Shown here one piece after another: positions 9,164 to 19,318 of a stretch of DNA of 64,000 nt. This DNA is from a virus (lineage: Duplodnaviria; Caudoviricetes): positions 3,931 to 67,930 of IMG/VR virus record IMGVR_UViG_3300026549_000079; one strand, given 5' to 3'. The notes below the pieces were generated by a model, which searched no databases, was not told the DNA's origin, and saw nothing but the letters and a program-made list of their open reading frames with translations. Both the position numbers and the translations under genes were made by a program. Each line of letters begins with the position of its first letter. Position 1 is the stretch's first letter.

Positions 9164-11209
9164 ATGGCTAATTTAAAGGTAAATAATTATCATACACCAA
9201 AACTTAGAATAAACAAGGATGAATATTGGGATTTCTATGTAAACAGGGATTCATGCGGAAAGTATGAATTCAATATCGGTGATTTATACGATAAATGTCT
9301 TATTTCCTATATAGATACATGTGATGAAGAATGTACGGATGATGAAGGCTGGATTTATTCAAAACCAGGGTATTACTGGGAAAACGCTCTTTCAAGTGGA
9401 TATACGCTGAATAATATTACATATACTGGTGTAGACAACGGTTTGTTTACATTCAGGAAAGATAGAATAAGTAATAAGGATTTCCTTGAGATATTCCAGA
9501 AAAACCACTTTAAGATTGAGGAAAATGATTACAGGCTAAAACTCCATCCAGTTAGTGGAAGCACGTTACAATATGATTACCCAATTTCATTTGAAGATTG
9601 TAGCGCAAAGTTAAATGGTGGCTTTTTCCAAGGTTTTTTCAAGACAGAATGTGATAAATATCAAATTTTGCCTTCAACTTTTAATGCTGGAGACAATTTC
9701 TATTTCGAATTTACACTGAAGAAATGTGACCTTGAACCAGAGTCAGATAAAACCCTCAATGACAAGTACCCAGATAATAAAGGAATATTCTTTTATTTGG
9801 GAACGAGGTCGGAAAACAAATGGATTTATCTTTATGATAAGGATGATGTTGATGGTCTTGAGGAGTGTTTTGAATTGGGAATAGGTGATTTCGTCGAAGA
9901 CGGGGAAATAGATAAGAATGATTATATTATAGGTAATTTCTATGACCCAAATCCAGATTTTGATGGGTATGACCCGTTTGAACTTGGTGATTATACGAAT
10001 TATAATTACTATGATGAAGAATATTACGAGGATGACCCATGTGATTGGAACGACATGTATGATTATCTTGAGATACCGACATCAAAGAAACCAAAGATAA
10101 TAGACGAAAACCTTCCACATACGACACTTACCTGGTGCTGTGGCGAAGAAAGTGAAAGATACGAGGATGATGGTTGGACTCCGTTCTTCAGAGGCTGTGC
10201 TTGCCCAGTATTATACAGAAAAAAAAGGAAAGTCACGGATACTACGGATGACCCAAACCCACTCAAGATGGGCGATGAATTCGGTGAGGACTATATTGGT
10301 GATTTTGAAGACCTTGGTGACCTTGCAGACTGTCAGGATTACATAGAACCTGAGCTTGATATTACGAATTTCGAGTATTATACGGATAACGGATTTAATT
10401 TGGGAGAAGCAAACCAATATTATTTCTATACTGATAACAAGTTTCTTATGTTTGACAGGACTTGTAATGGAAAAACAATACATAACTGGATAGAGGGTAC
10501 ACAATTCATGTATTATGGTAGAAAAAGTCAGTTTACTGGTAATTTATTCATATTAATGAATAGAACCTGTACTGGATACACAGTACATGACATAGAGAAA
10601 CTGAAGGAGGAAAATGCGAATAATTACAACCCGTACAACGACATTGTAAATAATGCCTTCGCTCTTAGGATTACAGATAAGGGAGAAATAGGTTACAGAA
10701 TACTTACAGTCGATTGCGAGAAGGAAGGTAGAGATAAGACTGGAATTATAGAAGGATATTCGTTTGAGAACGTAATTCCAGACTGTGAGTGGGTTACTGT
10801 AATGGTAAGGGTGATTTTCTTTGATAAGACTATGAAACTGATGTTCTTTGTAAACGGAAAACTGGTGTATATAACAAAGGAAATACCCAAAATTAACCTG
10901 AGGAAACTTAACGACCTTTATGAAAAGCAGGAAGGTGTTCCGTATAACATATCAATAGGTGGAGGAACACAGGGACTTGCTGAGACGATACAATATAACT
11001 ATATGTTGAACCCTACAAGGGTTTACCCTCTTGAAAAGAATTTCGCTGGAAGTTTTATAGGTTATATAAGGTCATTTAAGATATATAACTGTTTCATGGA
11101 ACCGATGATAATCGACAACAATTTCAAGTATGAAATGAATAGGTTAAAACCAAAGGTTGAACCAATTATCCCAGACGATGATTGGGATGAAGAAGATGGT
11201 TGGGATTAA
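9164..11209 (+). CDS. Putative virion structural protein with ConA/LamG-like C-terminal beta-sandwich
   Basis: 681 aa; acidic insert; C-terminal WVTVMVRV...LMFFVNGKLV...NISIGGG...FIGYIRSFKIYN; heads the fibre block. Confidence 0.5.
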   Translation: MANLKVNNYHTPKLRINKDEYWDFYVNRDSCGKYEFNIGDLYDKCLISYIDTCDEECTDDEGWIYSKPGYYWENALSSGYTLNNITYTGVDNGLFTFRKDRISNKDFLEIFQKNHFKIEENDYRLKLHPVSGSTLQYDYPISFEDCSAKLNGGFFQGFFKTECDKYQILPSTFNAGDNFYFEFTLKKCDLEPESDKTLNDKYPDNKGIFFYLGTRSENKWIYLYDKDDVDGLEECFELGIGDFVEDGEIDKNDYIIGNFYDPNPDFDGYDPFELGDYTNYNYYDEEYYEDDPCDWNDMYDYLEIPTSKKPKIIDENLPHTTLTWCCGEESERYEDDGWTPFFRGCACPVLYRKKRKVTDTTDDPNPLKMGDEFGEDYIGDFEDLGDLADCQDYIEPELDITNFEYYTDNGFNLGEANQYYFYTDNKFLMFDRTCNGKTIHNWIEGTQFMYYGRKSQFTGNLFILMNRTCTGYTVHDIEKLKEENANNYNPYNDIVNNAFALRITDKGEIGYRILTVDCEKEGRDKTGIIEGYSFENVIPDCEWVTVMVRVIFFDKTMKLMFFVNGKLVYITKEIPKINLRKLNDLYEKQEGVPYNISIGGGTQGLAETIQYNYMLNPTRVYPLEKNFAGSFIGYIRSFKIYNCFMEPMIIDNNFKYEMNRLKPKVEPIIPDDDWDEEDGWD

Positions 11210-11236
11210 AAAATGAAATAAAAAAAAGAATAAAAT

Positions 11237-13021
11237 ATGAAATATATTAAGTTATTTGAAAATCACTCAGGATATAGTGAGTATCTTGCATCAAGTGAAT
11301 ACCTTAGGCCAAATGTATCTCACTGCATTCAGGAGAATGAAGTGCATTATACAGTTCCAATTGATTGGTCAAAGGAATACTTTACAATTGAAAGCCTTGA
11401 AAATAGCAATACAATTTATCTGAAAGCATCAAATAGTGCAGTGGCAAAGGCTGTTTCAGTGTCAACTGATAATGGTGCTACTTGGGCTGAGTACGTATCA
11501 TCAACAGGTGGTAGTGGTACAACACTCGCAACACTTAATAATGGGGATAAACTGCTTGTTAAGGGAGAAAACAGTTCTTATGCAACATCAACCACAGTCT
11601 ATAACCAATTCGACACAACTGGTCAATTTGAAGTTAAGGGTAATATAATGTCACTTATCAGTGGAGACTCTTTTGCAAGTGCTGATGAATTAACAGAAGC
11701 ATATACATTTGTTTATTTATTCCGTGGATGCACAGGTTTAACATTAGCTGTAAACCTTGTATTACCCGCTACAATATTAGCAAGTTATTGTTATTCAAGT
11801 ATGTTCTTTGGTTGTAGAAGTCTCACAGCAGCACCTGAATTGCCCGCAACAACATTAGCAAATAATTGTTATAACTATATGTTCCAAGGTTGCACAAGTC
11901 TGACAACGGCACCTGAGTTACCTGCTACTACATTGACAAAGAATTGTTATGACCATATGTTCCAAGGTTGTTCAAGTCTTACAACAGTACCTGAGTTACC
12001 TGCTACTACATTGACAAAGAATTGTTATGACCATATGTTCTACAATTGTTCAAGTCTTACAACAGTACCTGAGTTACCTGCAACAATATTGTCAAATTAT
12101 TGTTATTCGCAGATGTTCAATGGTTGTACAAGCCTTACAGCAGCACCTAATTTACCTGCTACAACATTGGTAAGTAATTGCTATTCGCAGATGTTCAATG
12201 GTTGTACAAGCCTTACAGCAGCACCTGAACTTCCTGCTACTACATTGACAAATAGTTGCTATAGAGGTATGTTCAATGGTTGTACGAGTCTGACTGTTGC
12301 TCCTGAACTTCCTGCAACAATATTGGCAAATAGTTGTTATCAAAGTATGTTCGGAGGTTGCACAAGTCTGACAGCAGCACCTGAATTACCTGCTACAACA
12401 TTGGCAGATAGTTGTTATGCTAGTATGTTCCGAGGCTGTACTAGCCTGACAACAGCGCCTGAACTTCCAGCTACCACATTGACAAGCAGTTGTTATTCAT
12501 ATATGTTCTCTGGTTGTGCAAGCCTAACAACAGCACCTGAACTTCCAGCTACCACATTGACAAGCAATTGTTATCAGGAGATGTTCAATGGTTGCACAAG
12601 CCTAACAACAGCACCTGAGTTGCCTGCTACAACATTGGCGGCTTATTGTTATGAGAGTATGTTCCATTATTGTCCAAATCTTACAACAGCACCTGAGTTA
12701 CCCGCTACAACATTGGCAAATAATTGTTATGCTAGTATGTTCGGGAATTGTACAAGTCTAACTGTAGCACCAGAACTTCCTGCAACAACATTGACAAATA
12801 GTTGTTATAACTATATGTTCAACGGTTGTTCAAATCTTAATTATATCAAGGCAATGTTCACGACAACACCAAGTGGCAGTTCACCAAATTACTATACACA
12901 AAACTGGGTTAAGGGTGTTGCTTCAACAGGTACATTTGTGAAGAATTCTGCTGCAACGTGGAATGTAACAGGTAGTCATGGTATACCAACAGGATGGGCT
13001 GTTGAAACCGCAACAGCGTAG
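11237..13021 (+). CDS. BspA-like leucine-rich repeat protein (14 repeats of 26 aa)
   Basis: Repeats xAPELPATTLxxxCYxxMFxGCTSLT; leader MKYIKLFEN; C-cap shared with 48321..49655. Confidence 0.85.
   Translation: MKYIKLFENHSGYSEYLASSEYLRPNVSHCIQENEVHYTVPIDWSKEYFTIESLENSNTIYLKASNSAVAKAVSVSTDNGATWAEYVSSTGGSGTTLATLNNGDKLLVKGENSSYATSTTVYNQFDTTGQFEVKGNIMSLISGDSFASADELTEAYTFVYLFRGCTGLTLAVNLVLPATILASYCYSSMFFGCRSLTAAPELPATTLANNCYNYMFQGCTSLTTAPELPATTLTKNCYDHMFQGCSSLTTVPELPATTLTKNCYDHMFYNCSSLTTVPELPATILSNYCYSQMFNGCTSLTAAPNLPATTLVSNCYSQMFNGCTSLTAAPELPATTLTNSCYRGMFNGCTSLTVAPELPATILANSCYQSMFGGCTSLTAAPELPATTLADSCYASMFRGCTSLTTAPELPATTLTSSCYSYMFSGCASLTTAPELPATTLTSNCYQEMFNGCTSLTTAPELPATTLAAYCYESMFHYCPNLTTAPELPATTLANNCYASMFGNCTSLTVAPELPATTLTNSCYNYMFNGCSNLNYIKAMFTTTPSGSSPNYYTQNWVKGVASTGTFVKNSAATWNVTGSHGIPTGWAVETATA
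11753..12842 (+). repeat. Tandem 78-bp coding repeats (14 units)
   Basis: Recurrent cctgagttacctgctactacattg / tgttat / atgttc / tgtacaagtct scaffold; units 3 and 4 are near-identical. Confidence 0.95.
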
Positions 13022-13043
13022 AAAAACCACACACAACGCATAT

Positions 13044-13077
13044 AAAGGGGATAATCTCAATTGAGGTTATCCCTTTT
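13044..13077. terminator. Bidirectional terminator
   Basis: AAAGGGGATAATCTC-AATT-GAGGTTATCCCTTTT between convergent genes. Confidence 0.8.
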
Positions 13078-13080
13078 CTT

Positions 13081-13416
13081 TTAATAATCAATATAGTCAT
13101 CAAGAACAAAGAAATCATTGATTATTCCCATTTTCAATGCTTTCTTATATGCTGTTTGATTTCCCCTAAAGAATTCTGTTTTGGTGTTATATTTCAATGC
13201 CTCTTCCTCTATGTGTTTATAAGTCCAGTATCCGTTCTTATGTTGTTTTTGTCTCACCATCCAGTCAAATTCGTCTATATACCCGTATTTATGGGCCGCA
13301 AGAAACGCTGTTAAGTTTCCCTTTTGAAACTCTTCCTTTGTTGAATATTTCCTTGCTTCAGCCATCATATTTTCCCTATTTTTCCAATATCCTTTTGGAT
13401 GTTTCACTTTTTTCAT
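13081..13416 (-). CDS. Small protein made of two homing-endonuclease-type DNA-binding repeats, with no nuclease domain
   Basis: Two copies of GYW-x6/8-EA(R/L)KY(S/N)TK(E/T)EF-x-GN-x-TA(F/Y)-x2-A-x-K-x-G-x-I-x2-F; counter-oriented in the late block. Confidence 0.55.
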   Translation of the reverse strand: MKKVKHPKGYWKNRENMMAEARKYSTKEEFQKGNLTAFLAAHKYGYIDEFDWMVRQKQHKNGYWTYKHIEEEALKYNTKTEFFRGNQTAYKKALKMGIINDFFVLDDYIDY

Positions 13417-13523
13417 AAAAATTGTAAGATTTATATAGATAAGTAGGTAAATAACGTGAATTAAGTGGAACTTTTTGATATTTATTTTTAAGAAAATAAC
13501 AAAAAAAAAATAATAATTAGATT

Positions 13524-15707
13524 ATGAGTTGCTTATATTACTACAAGTTAAATTCTGGATACCAATGCGATGTAAGTAAGCAGTGCAAGCTCACGATTAA
13601 TGAGATAGACTCCAACTTCTATCAATTAAAGAGTGATGACATCGTATCGGCTGATTTCGTTAGAGATGAGAAAATACTTGTATTGACAAGAACCAATGGT
13701 GATGAGCTCATCGTTGACCTCAGTGATATGGTTTATGACCTTGAAGCCAACGCGAACTGTACTGACAGTGGCGTTACTCTTACCATGCACTATGATGGTA
13801 AGAATGGTGTTAAGGATATCAAGGTTGACAACCTGATTACCCTTGATATGTTAAGGAATAAGATTGAGGAACTTATTGGAACTGACATTCTTACAAAGGT
13901 TATCACTGACGGTACATTGAAGGGGTACGGAACACTTGATTCCCCACTTGGTCTCAATGGTACTGAGAAGACTGGTCAGTATGCCCCAGTGATAAGCAAG
14001 CTTGACCTTACAAACGGAGACCAGCTTCCTGAAGTTGCAAAACTCGGAACAAGATATGCAACAGTTGAGTATGTGAATGATTATGGATACCTCTATAACG
14101 GAGAAGGTGTTAAGAAGATTTCAGACCATGTGACAGAAGAAGGTCGTGGCTGGAGAGTTCCTAGCAAGGAAGACTGGGACAAGATGCTTAACCTCATTGA
14201 ACCATGTGAAAACAGGAATCATGATTCTGCAAGCTGTCACAGGGAGCTTGGTCTTGTCGCTGGTAAATACCTCAAGTCAGCATGCGGATGGGTTGGACAG
14301 CCTCTTTGCGAATGTGGTGAAACCGTACCAGATACTGGTTGTACGATTGGTAACGGAAGTGTTACCCCTGGTGAATATGTTGACGATAGTGAGGACTATG
14401 GAGTACCAGAGTCGAGCGTTGACGGAGCTCAGGGTGTTGATAAATATGGTATGAATATTCTCCCAGTTGGTGTTGCAGTCCTTGACGGATATGGAAAACC
14501 ACAATACAACTCATTCAGGGAGAAGGCTGCAATGTGGACTACTTCATTTGTTCATGGAGACATTGACCAGGATAAATATGTAAAGGTATTTGACTGGAAT
14601 AAGGCTGGCGTGACACAGGTTGCTGAATGTCCTACACCTTACTATGGAGTGAGGCTTGTAAAGGATTATGACGGTTCAAATTATTTTGATACAGAATACA
14701 TTGACGGTGTTCCTTATAAGACAATTCTGTTCCCAGAAATCAGACAGATTTGGCTTGCTTCAAACTACGCAAAGAAAGAAGGTTTTGTTGAATACACAGC
14801 AAATGGAGAGACTCCAGAGGTTCTTCCAGTTAACAATGGTGAGGTTAATGAGAAGAGAAAGGCAGTCTTTATCAACGAATGGAATGGCTGCTACTGGGAA
14901 AAGAAAGAACTCAAGGAAGGTGACACCGTTGTTATTGAGAACCCTTGTATGACCAATACTGGTGGCGAAACCACGAACGTGTGCTGGAAAGATGAACTCG
15001 GTGTTGAAAATTGTGTTGAAGTTGAAATGCCAGAGCTTGCACAGCATAACATTGAATACAGGGTATTCACCACAAATGACAAGTGCGACCAAGACCTAAT
15101 CAATACAGACTGGCTGGCAATTGAAAGACTTCTCAGGGTTGTAATCCCAATGATTGAGAAATACAAGAAGGATGCAGCAGACAGCGACGAACATCTCCAG
15201 GAACAGATTGATGACCTCAACGAAAAAGTTTCTGGATTAACAGAAGACCTTGCTGCTGAGGTTTCGGCACGTACAGCCGCAGATGAGGCTCTTGATGAAA
15301 AGATTAACGCTGAAATTGAACGTGCAACAAGCGCTGAGACGAAGATTGCAAGTGACCTTGCTGCTGAGGTTGAAAGGGCAACAGCTGCTGAAACTCAACT
15401 TCATGATGACATCTTGACAGAATCTGGTCGTGCAGCATCTGAAGAAGCAAGGATTGAAGCCAAACTCGATGCTGAAATAGAACGTTCAATTGCTGCTGAC
15501 AGTGCATTTACAGGTGCGCTTGATGCTGAGATAGAACGCGCAAAAGCAGCAGAGGGAGAAATTTCTGGTCTTACAATTGATACGTCGAAAGACTATATCA
15601 TGTCAGCGTCAACAGAATCTAACTATAACCTTGTTTTAGAATCAAAAGATGGTAATGAAGACCATTTCATTAAGATAAAGTTTGATGGAGATTTTGGTGA
15701 AATCTAA
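13524..15707 (+). CDS. Tail fibre-like protein with Fib_succ_major (FISUMP, lectin-like) domain and coiled-coil repeats
   Basis: GYLYNG, GWRVPSKEDW, DKYGMNILPVG, MWTTS and GVRLVKD motifs; C-terminal AEVERATAAE-type repeats. Confidence 0.7.
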   Translation: MSCLYYYKLNSGYQCDVSKQCKLTINEIDSNFYQLKSDDIVSADFVRDEKILVLTRTNGDELIVDLSDMVYDLEANANCTDSGVTLTMHYDGKNGVKDIKVDNLITLDMLRNKIEELIGTDILTKVITDGTLKGYGTLDSPLGLNGTEKTGQYAPVISKLDLTNGDQLPEVAKLGTRYATVEYVNDYGYLYNGEGVKKISDHVTEEGRGWRVPSKEDWDKMLNLIEPCENRNHDSASCHRELGLVAGKYLKSACGWVGQPLCECGETVPDTGCTIGNGSVTPGEYVDDSEDYGVPESSVDGAQGVDKYGMNILPVGVAVLDGYGKPQYNSFREKAAMWTTSFVHGDIDQDKYVKVFDWNKAGVTQVAECPTPYYGVRLVKDYDGSNYFDTEYIDGVPYKTILFPEIRQIWLASNYAKKEGFVEYTANGETPEVLPVNNGEVNEKRKAVFINEWNGCYWEKKELKEGDTVVIENPCMTNTGGETTNVCWKDELGVENCVEVEMPELAQHNIEYRVFTTNDKCDQDLINTDWLAIERLLRVVIPMIEKYKKDAADSDEHLQEQIDDLNEKVSGLTEDLAAEVSARTAADEALDEKINAEIERATSAETKIASDLAAEVERATAAETQLHDDILTESGRAASEEARIEAKLDAEIERSIAADSAFTGALDAEIERAKAAEGEISGLTIDTSKDYIMSASTESNYNLVLESKDGNEDHFIKIKFDGDFGEI

Positions 15708-15734
15708 TAATGATTAAAAATAAAGAATATTACA

Positions 15735-18281
15735 ATGGAAAATAGATTACAATTTAGACATCATACTCCGATTTTCGAGACAAGACAGGAGGCAGTTGAC
15801 TATATTTACACCCAAATAAGATATACTGATTCTGGTTTGGCAACAACTGACAGGTCGTATGGCTTTTCATTGCTTGCCGAACCTACCATCCTGAGGTATA
15901 AGAACGAGGAGGATGAATCAAACCCACATGTCATTATTGCAATTGGTGCCGCAACAAACGATGGTGCTGTTGGTTATGGCGATAATCGTTTCTGCATTAT
16001 TGATATAGATAAGACGGAGAAGGAAATTGAAGAGCTTGGTGGTATTGTTGAAGATGCTATTAAAAGTTTGACCCTCATCGTCGCAAACTCAAACACTCTT
16101 AACCTTAACGCTGAAAAGACTGAGAGTGGAACGGTCGTCAGTGGCGACGTGAAACTGGCAAATGGAGTTGTTTTTGATGATATAAGGAGGCAAAATTCAA
16201 TTCTTGAGACAGAAAACGGATTATTCCTGCACGTAAGCATGTCGTATGACAGTGAGAACGATTCAATTAGATTTATTGTAAATGGAGACGTTCTTGATGT
16301 TAAGCTTTCTAACAGCAAGCTTGCAAGTGGTGTATATGACAAGAAGGATGAATCAATTCACCTGTTTAACAATGATGGAAGTGAGGTTGTTATCAATTGT
16401 GAGGAACTTATTGCTGAATGGGGTATTGAAGGTGAGAATTCTAAGACACCTGTTGTGCTGACAAGGGATGAAATCGGATATTCATCGGATGACGGTCATT
16501 ATCATGTAGAACCTTGGCAGGATGTGTTAAGAGCTGATGTAAGACTTAAGGACGAACAAAGGGTACTTCAAGAAGATGGCACGTATAGATATGTGAAAGA
16601 CCCAGAAAGCACCAATATCCTTAACAGGACTGCGGACGGAAGATATCTTTATGTTGATGGAAGAGCCAGTAACATTATTTATTATGATAATGGTGTGAAG
16701 ACAAACGTAAGGGACGCTCTTGATAAGGTTTCAAAAAACAAACCTTCAAGTGATGACAGGAACATTATCCAGTCAAAGGTTGATGGTCTCTTCGCCTCTT
16801 CAAGCCTTGAGTATATCACGTCAGAGAACACCCTTGTATTCAAGGCAAGCGGACAGCCAGAGACGAGATTGAAACTCAATAGCATTGAATTGTTCAAGGA
16901 TATTCATTACGACCCAGCAACAGAAGAACTTGTTATCATTTACGTTGATAACGACAACAACGTACAGTCAGAGAGGATACCTCTTGGCGAAATGCTTAGA
17001 GACTGGGAATTGGAGCCACAGAATGACGGACACAACGTCTGGATTACAAAGACCAGGATTGTCAACGGTAATGACAAGGTTTCAGCTGACGTGAGAATTT
17101 ATGAATCTGAGGACAACATTCTTGTTGAAAAGAATCATGAATTATTCGTTGATGGAAATGCAGATAATATCAAATATGGTGACAATTCAAACGTTAAGGC
17201 TGCTCTTGACCTACTGAACACTTCTAAGGCGGAACATAGTGCCGCAATTAACGAAATTAGCGGAAAAACTGATGCTGCAATCAATGATATTACAAATGAT
17301 GACCACTCTATCAATATTGATAAGGCAAACCCACTAAAGCCAAACATTAGCGTAAGAAGGAGTTCTGAAGTTGAGGATGGCAGGAAAAATATCCTTAAAT
17401 TAAACAACGACGGTTTGTTCGTTAATGTTGATTTATCATACATTGAAGGAGAAAACAAGCTTATTTTCCACACGTCTGGTGAAGATGCTGATAAGGAAAT
17501 CATGCTTAATGGTATGTCAGATATCATTGATATTAGATATGACGAGACAACCGAGGAAATTGTTGTCCAGTACATGGCAAACGGAAGTGAAGTCAAGGAA
17601 TTCAGACTTCCAATTCACCAGATTATCAGGGAGTGGAGAGTTACCGAAGGAACTGATGGAGCAATAAAGCTGATTAAGACTGAAAACCCAGATTATAATC
17701 AGGATGTGCTTAGTGCTTCTGTGATTATTAATACTACACATGATGACAATGCCCTTGTAAATGACCACGGCTCTCTCTATGTAGGCGCAAATGGAATTGT
17801 TGAAAAATCAACTTCTTTCCAATGTCTGAGCGCTGAAACCAAGGCAGTTGAGGAATTACTTGGTGTAGAAGGAAACTGCGCTGAAACAATTTCCTATCCA
17901 TCTAAGGATGGAAGTATTCTTTCTGGTGCAACAACTTATGCTGAGGCAGATTCAATCCTTGAAGGTGCTATAAATGAGTTAAGAGAAGAAATTAGTGGTA
18001 TTGACACTGATATAACTGGAGATGTGACAAATACCGTAGAGGTTAAGTCTTATCTCGATGAAGAAGGAAAGAGACACGTTTCGGCAGATGTTAGACTAAA
18101 GGATGGTGGAGACGCCGTTGTTGTTGATAACGACAACGCACTTGGTGTTGTTGAGAATGAGGGTCTTTATCTTAGCAAGACGTGGAATTGCGGAGAATAT
18201 TCAGACGGAGATTCAGAGGACGTTTTAGATGACGACAGTTATATGAATTATAAGAGGCTTAACGGTGATGTTGAACCATAA
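15735..18281 (+). CDS. Long tail fibre/shaft-like protein
   Basis: 848 aa; recurring (V/L)(S/R)ADV(R/K)(L/I)...NIL...LFV modules; follows a fibre gene. Confidence 0.6.
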   Translation: MENRLQFRHHTPIFETRQEAVDYIYTQIRYTDSGLATTDRSYGFSLLAEPTILRYKNEEDESNPHVIIAIGAATNDGAVGYGDNRFCIIDIDKTEKEIEELGGIVEDAIKSLTLIVANSNTLNLNAEKTESGTVVSGDVKLANGVVFDDIRRQNSILETENGLFLHVSMSYDSENDSIRFIVNGDVLDVKLSNSKLASGVYDKKDESIHLFNNDGSEVVINCEELIAEWGIEGENSKTPVVLTRDEIGYSSDDGHYHVEPWQDVLRADVRLKDEQRVLQEDGTYRYVKDPESTNILNRTADGRYLYVDGRASNIIYYDNGVKTNVRDALDKVSKNKPSSDDRNIIQSKVDGLFASSSLEYITSENTLVFKASGQPETRLKLNSIELFKDIHYDPATEELVIIYVDNDNNVQSERIPLGEMLRDWELEPQNDGHNVWITKTRIVNGNDKVSADVRIYESEDNILVEKNHELFVDGNADNIKYGDNSNVKAALDLLNTSKAEHSAAINEISGKTDAAINDITNDDHSINIDKANPLKPNISVRRSSEVEDGRKNILKLNNDGLFVNVDLSYIEGENKLIFHTSGEDADKEIMLNGMSDIIDIRYDETTEEIVVQYMANGSEVKEFRLPIHQIIREWRVTEGTDGAIKLIKTENPDYNQDVLSASVIINTTHDDNALVNDHGSLYVGANGIVEKSTSFQCLSAETKAVEELLGVEGNCAETISYPSKDGSILSGATTYAEADSILEGAINELREEISGIDTDITGDVTNTVEVKSYLDEEGKRHVSADVRLKDGGDAVVVDNDNALGVVENEGLYLSKTWNCGEYSDGDSEDVLDDDSYMNYKRLNGDVEP

Positions 18282-18887
18282 GGAGATAAAATTGATGGAC
18301 ATGAATATGTTGACCTCGGTCTTCCAAGTGGAGCAAAGTGGGCTTCAATGAATGTTGGAGCAAACTCTGTAACGGATAGTGGTTTTTTCTTCGCATGGGG
18401 AGAAACAGACGGTTATTCAGATGAAGAGGCTGGTACTGTCAAGAGATTCACGTTCTTAGATAGCGATTACAAATATGGTGAAGGAACCCCGTTTAGTAAG
18501 TATGATACTGACGGTTTAACGGAACTTGAACCTTCGGATGATGGTGTTCAGCAAGCCTGGGGAGGTTCTTGGGTAACGCCAACAAAGAGCGACTTTGACG
18601 AACTCATTTCAAACACCACGTTTGCGTGGGTCAACAACTACCAGAACTCTGGTGTTCCTGGAGCAACGTTTACTGGAAACGGCAATGTTTTATTCATACC
18701 AGCAGTTGGTTATGCTTATGATGGAACAATTGGTGACAACGGTGCGCTTGGAATCGTGTGGGCTTCTTCGCTGAACACGGAAGGAACTGATTATGTATAT
18801 GGGTTTAGCGTAGACGATGCTGAGGCTGGCGTACATAACTACTTTGAACGTTGTAGTGGTCTCAAACTTCGTGGTATATCCAAATAA
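18282..18887 (+). CDS. YVDLGLPSG-family (C-type lectin-fold, DUF1566-like) domain, in frame behind the TAA of the fibre gene
   Basis: The frame is open from 18282 (GDKIDGHEYVDLGLPSGAKWASMNVGA...WGET...WVTPTKSDFDEL...LFIPAVG...VWASS); the first ATG (18348) lies inside the conserved motif. Confidence 0.75.
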   Translation, partial: GDKIDGHEYVDLGLPSGAKWASMNVGANSVTDSGFFFAWGETDGYSDEEAGTVKRFTFLDSDYKYGEGTPFSKYDTDGLTELEPSDDGVQQAWGGSWVTPTKSDFDELISNTTFAWVNNYQNSGVPGATFTGNGNVLFIPAVGYAYDGTIGDNGALGIVWASSLNTEGTDYVYGFSVDDAEAGVHNYFERCSGLKLRGISK

Positions 18888-18895
18888 ATAATAAG

Positions 18896-18962
18896 AAAAA
18901 AAAGAGGGAACGATATATCCTTGGTTATTTAAAACTAAGAGATATATCGTTCTTTTTTTTTT
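18896..18962. terminator. Long bidirectional terminator at the convergence of the late and early blocks
   Basis: GAACGATATATC-CTTGGTT-ATTTAA-AACTAAG-A-GATATATCGTTC with flanking A- and T-runs. Confidence 0.8.
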
Positions 18963-18973
18963 AGGAAATATGT

Positions 18974-19315
18974 TTATAACTTTCCGTTTTCTTTTAGCCA
19001 AATTACCATTTCAAATACTGCATCAATGGGGTCTAAATACCAATCAGAACACTTGAGTTCTACAGGTAGAGTAACTCGGCATAATTCTGTAGAAGACCCT
19101 CTTTCCAAACGTGCTGATTTAGGGAGCATGTTGAACAGTGCAGTAAGACTCCAAGCACGAATATGCTCTTCATCTTCATTAAAATCACCATCATCCATTG
19201 TTTCTATATAGTACCTTAAACTCGTAGGCCACCAATACATATCAGCGGTATTTATATCAATCCCAAGTTCTATTAATTTCTTGGATTGTTCTATAGATGT
19301 ACAAATTTTATCCAT
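18974..19315 (-). CDS. Hypothetical protein, KICT/QSKKLIELG family (copy 1)
   Basis: MDKICTSIEQSKKLIELGID..TADMYW; paralog at 25358..25561. Confidence 0.7.
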   Translation of the reverse strand: MDKICTSIEQSKKLIELGIDINTADMYWWPTSLRYYIETMDDGDFNEDEEHIRAWSLTALFNMLPKSARLERGSSTELCRVTLPVELKCSDWYLDPIDAVFEMVIWLKENGKL

Positions 19316-19318
19316 AAT

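Noticed and set aside
11753-12842. CRISPR array or DGR variable region in the 78-bp repeats
   Set aside because: The repeats are in-frame coding units without unique spacers. Variation is not restricted to adenine-derived positions, and no reverse transcriptase or template repeat is in the window.
13499-13510. Poly-A/T runs (also near 30371 and 34637) as phase-variation tracts
   Set aside because: They are intergenic, expected in AT-rich leaders or terminator tails, and not in coding frames.
15708-15734. Read-through between the two fibre genes, which are in the same frame
   Set aside because: Three consecutive stops (TAA TAA TGA) and a proper ATG start make them ordinary separate genes.
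18282-18887. Active DGR target
   Set aside because: The fold type fits, but no second copy of its 3' region (template repeat) and no RT gene were seen here; a DGR elsewhere in the genome cannot be excluded.
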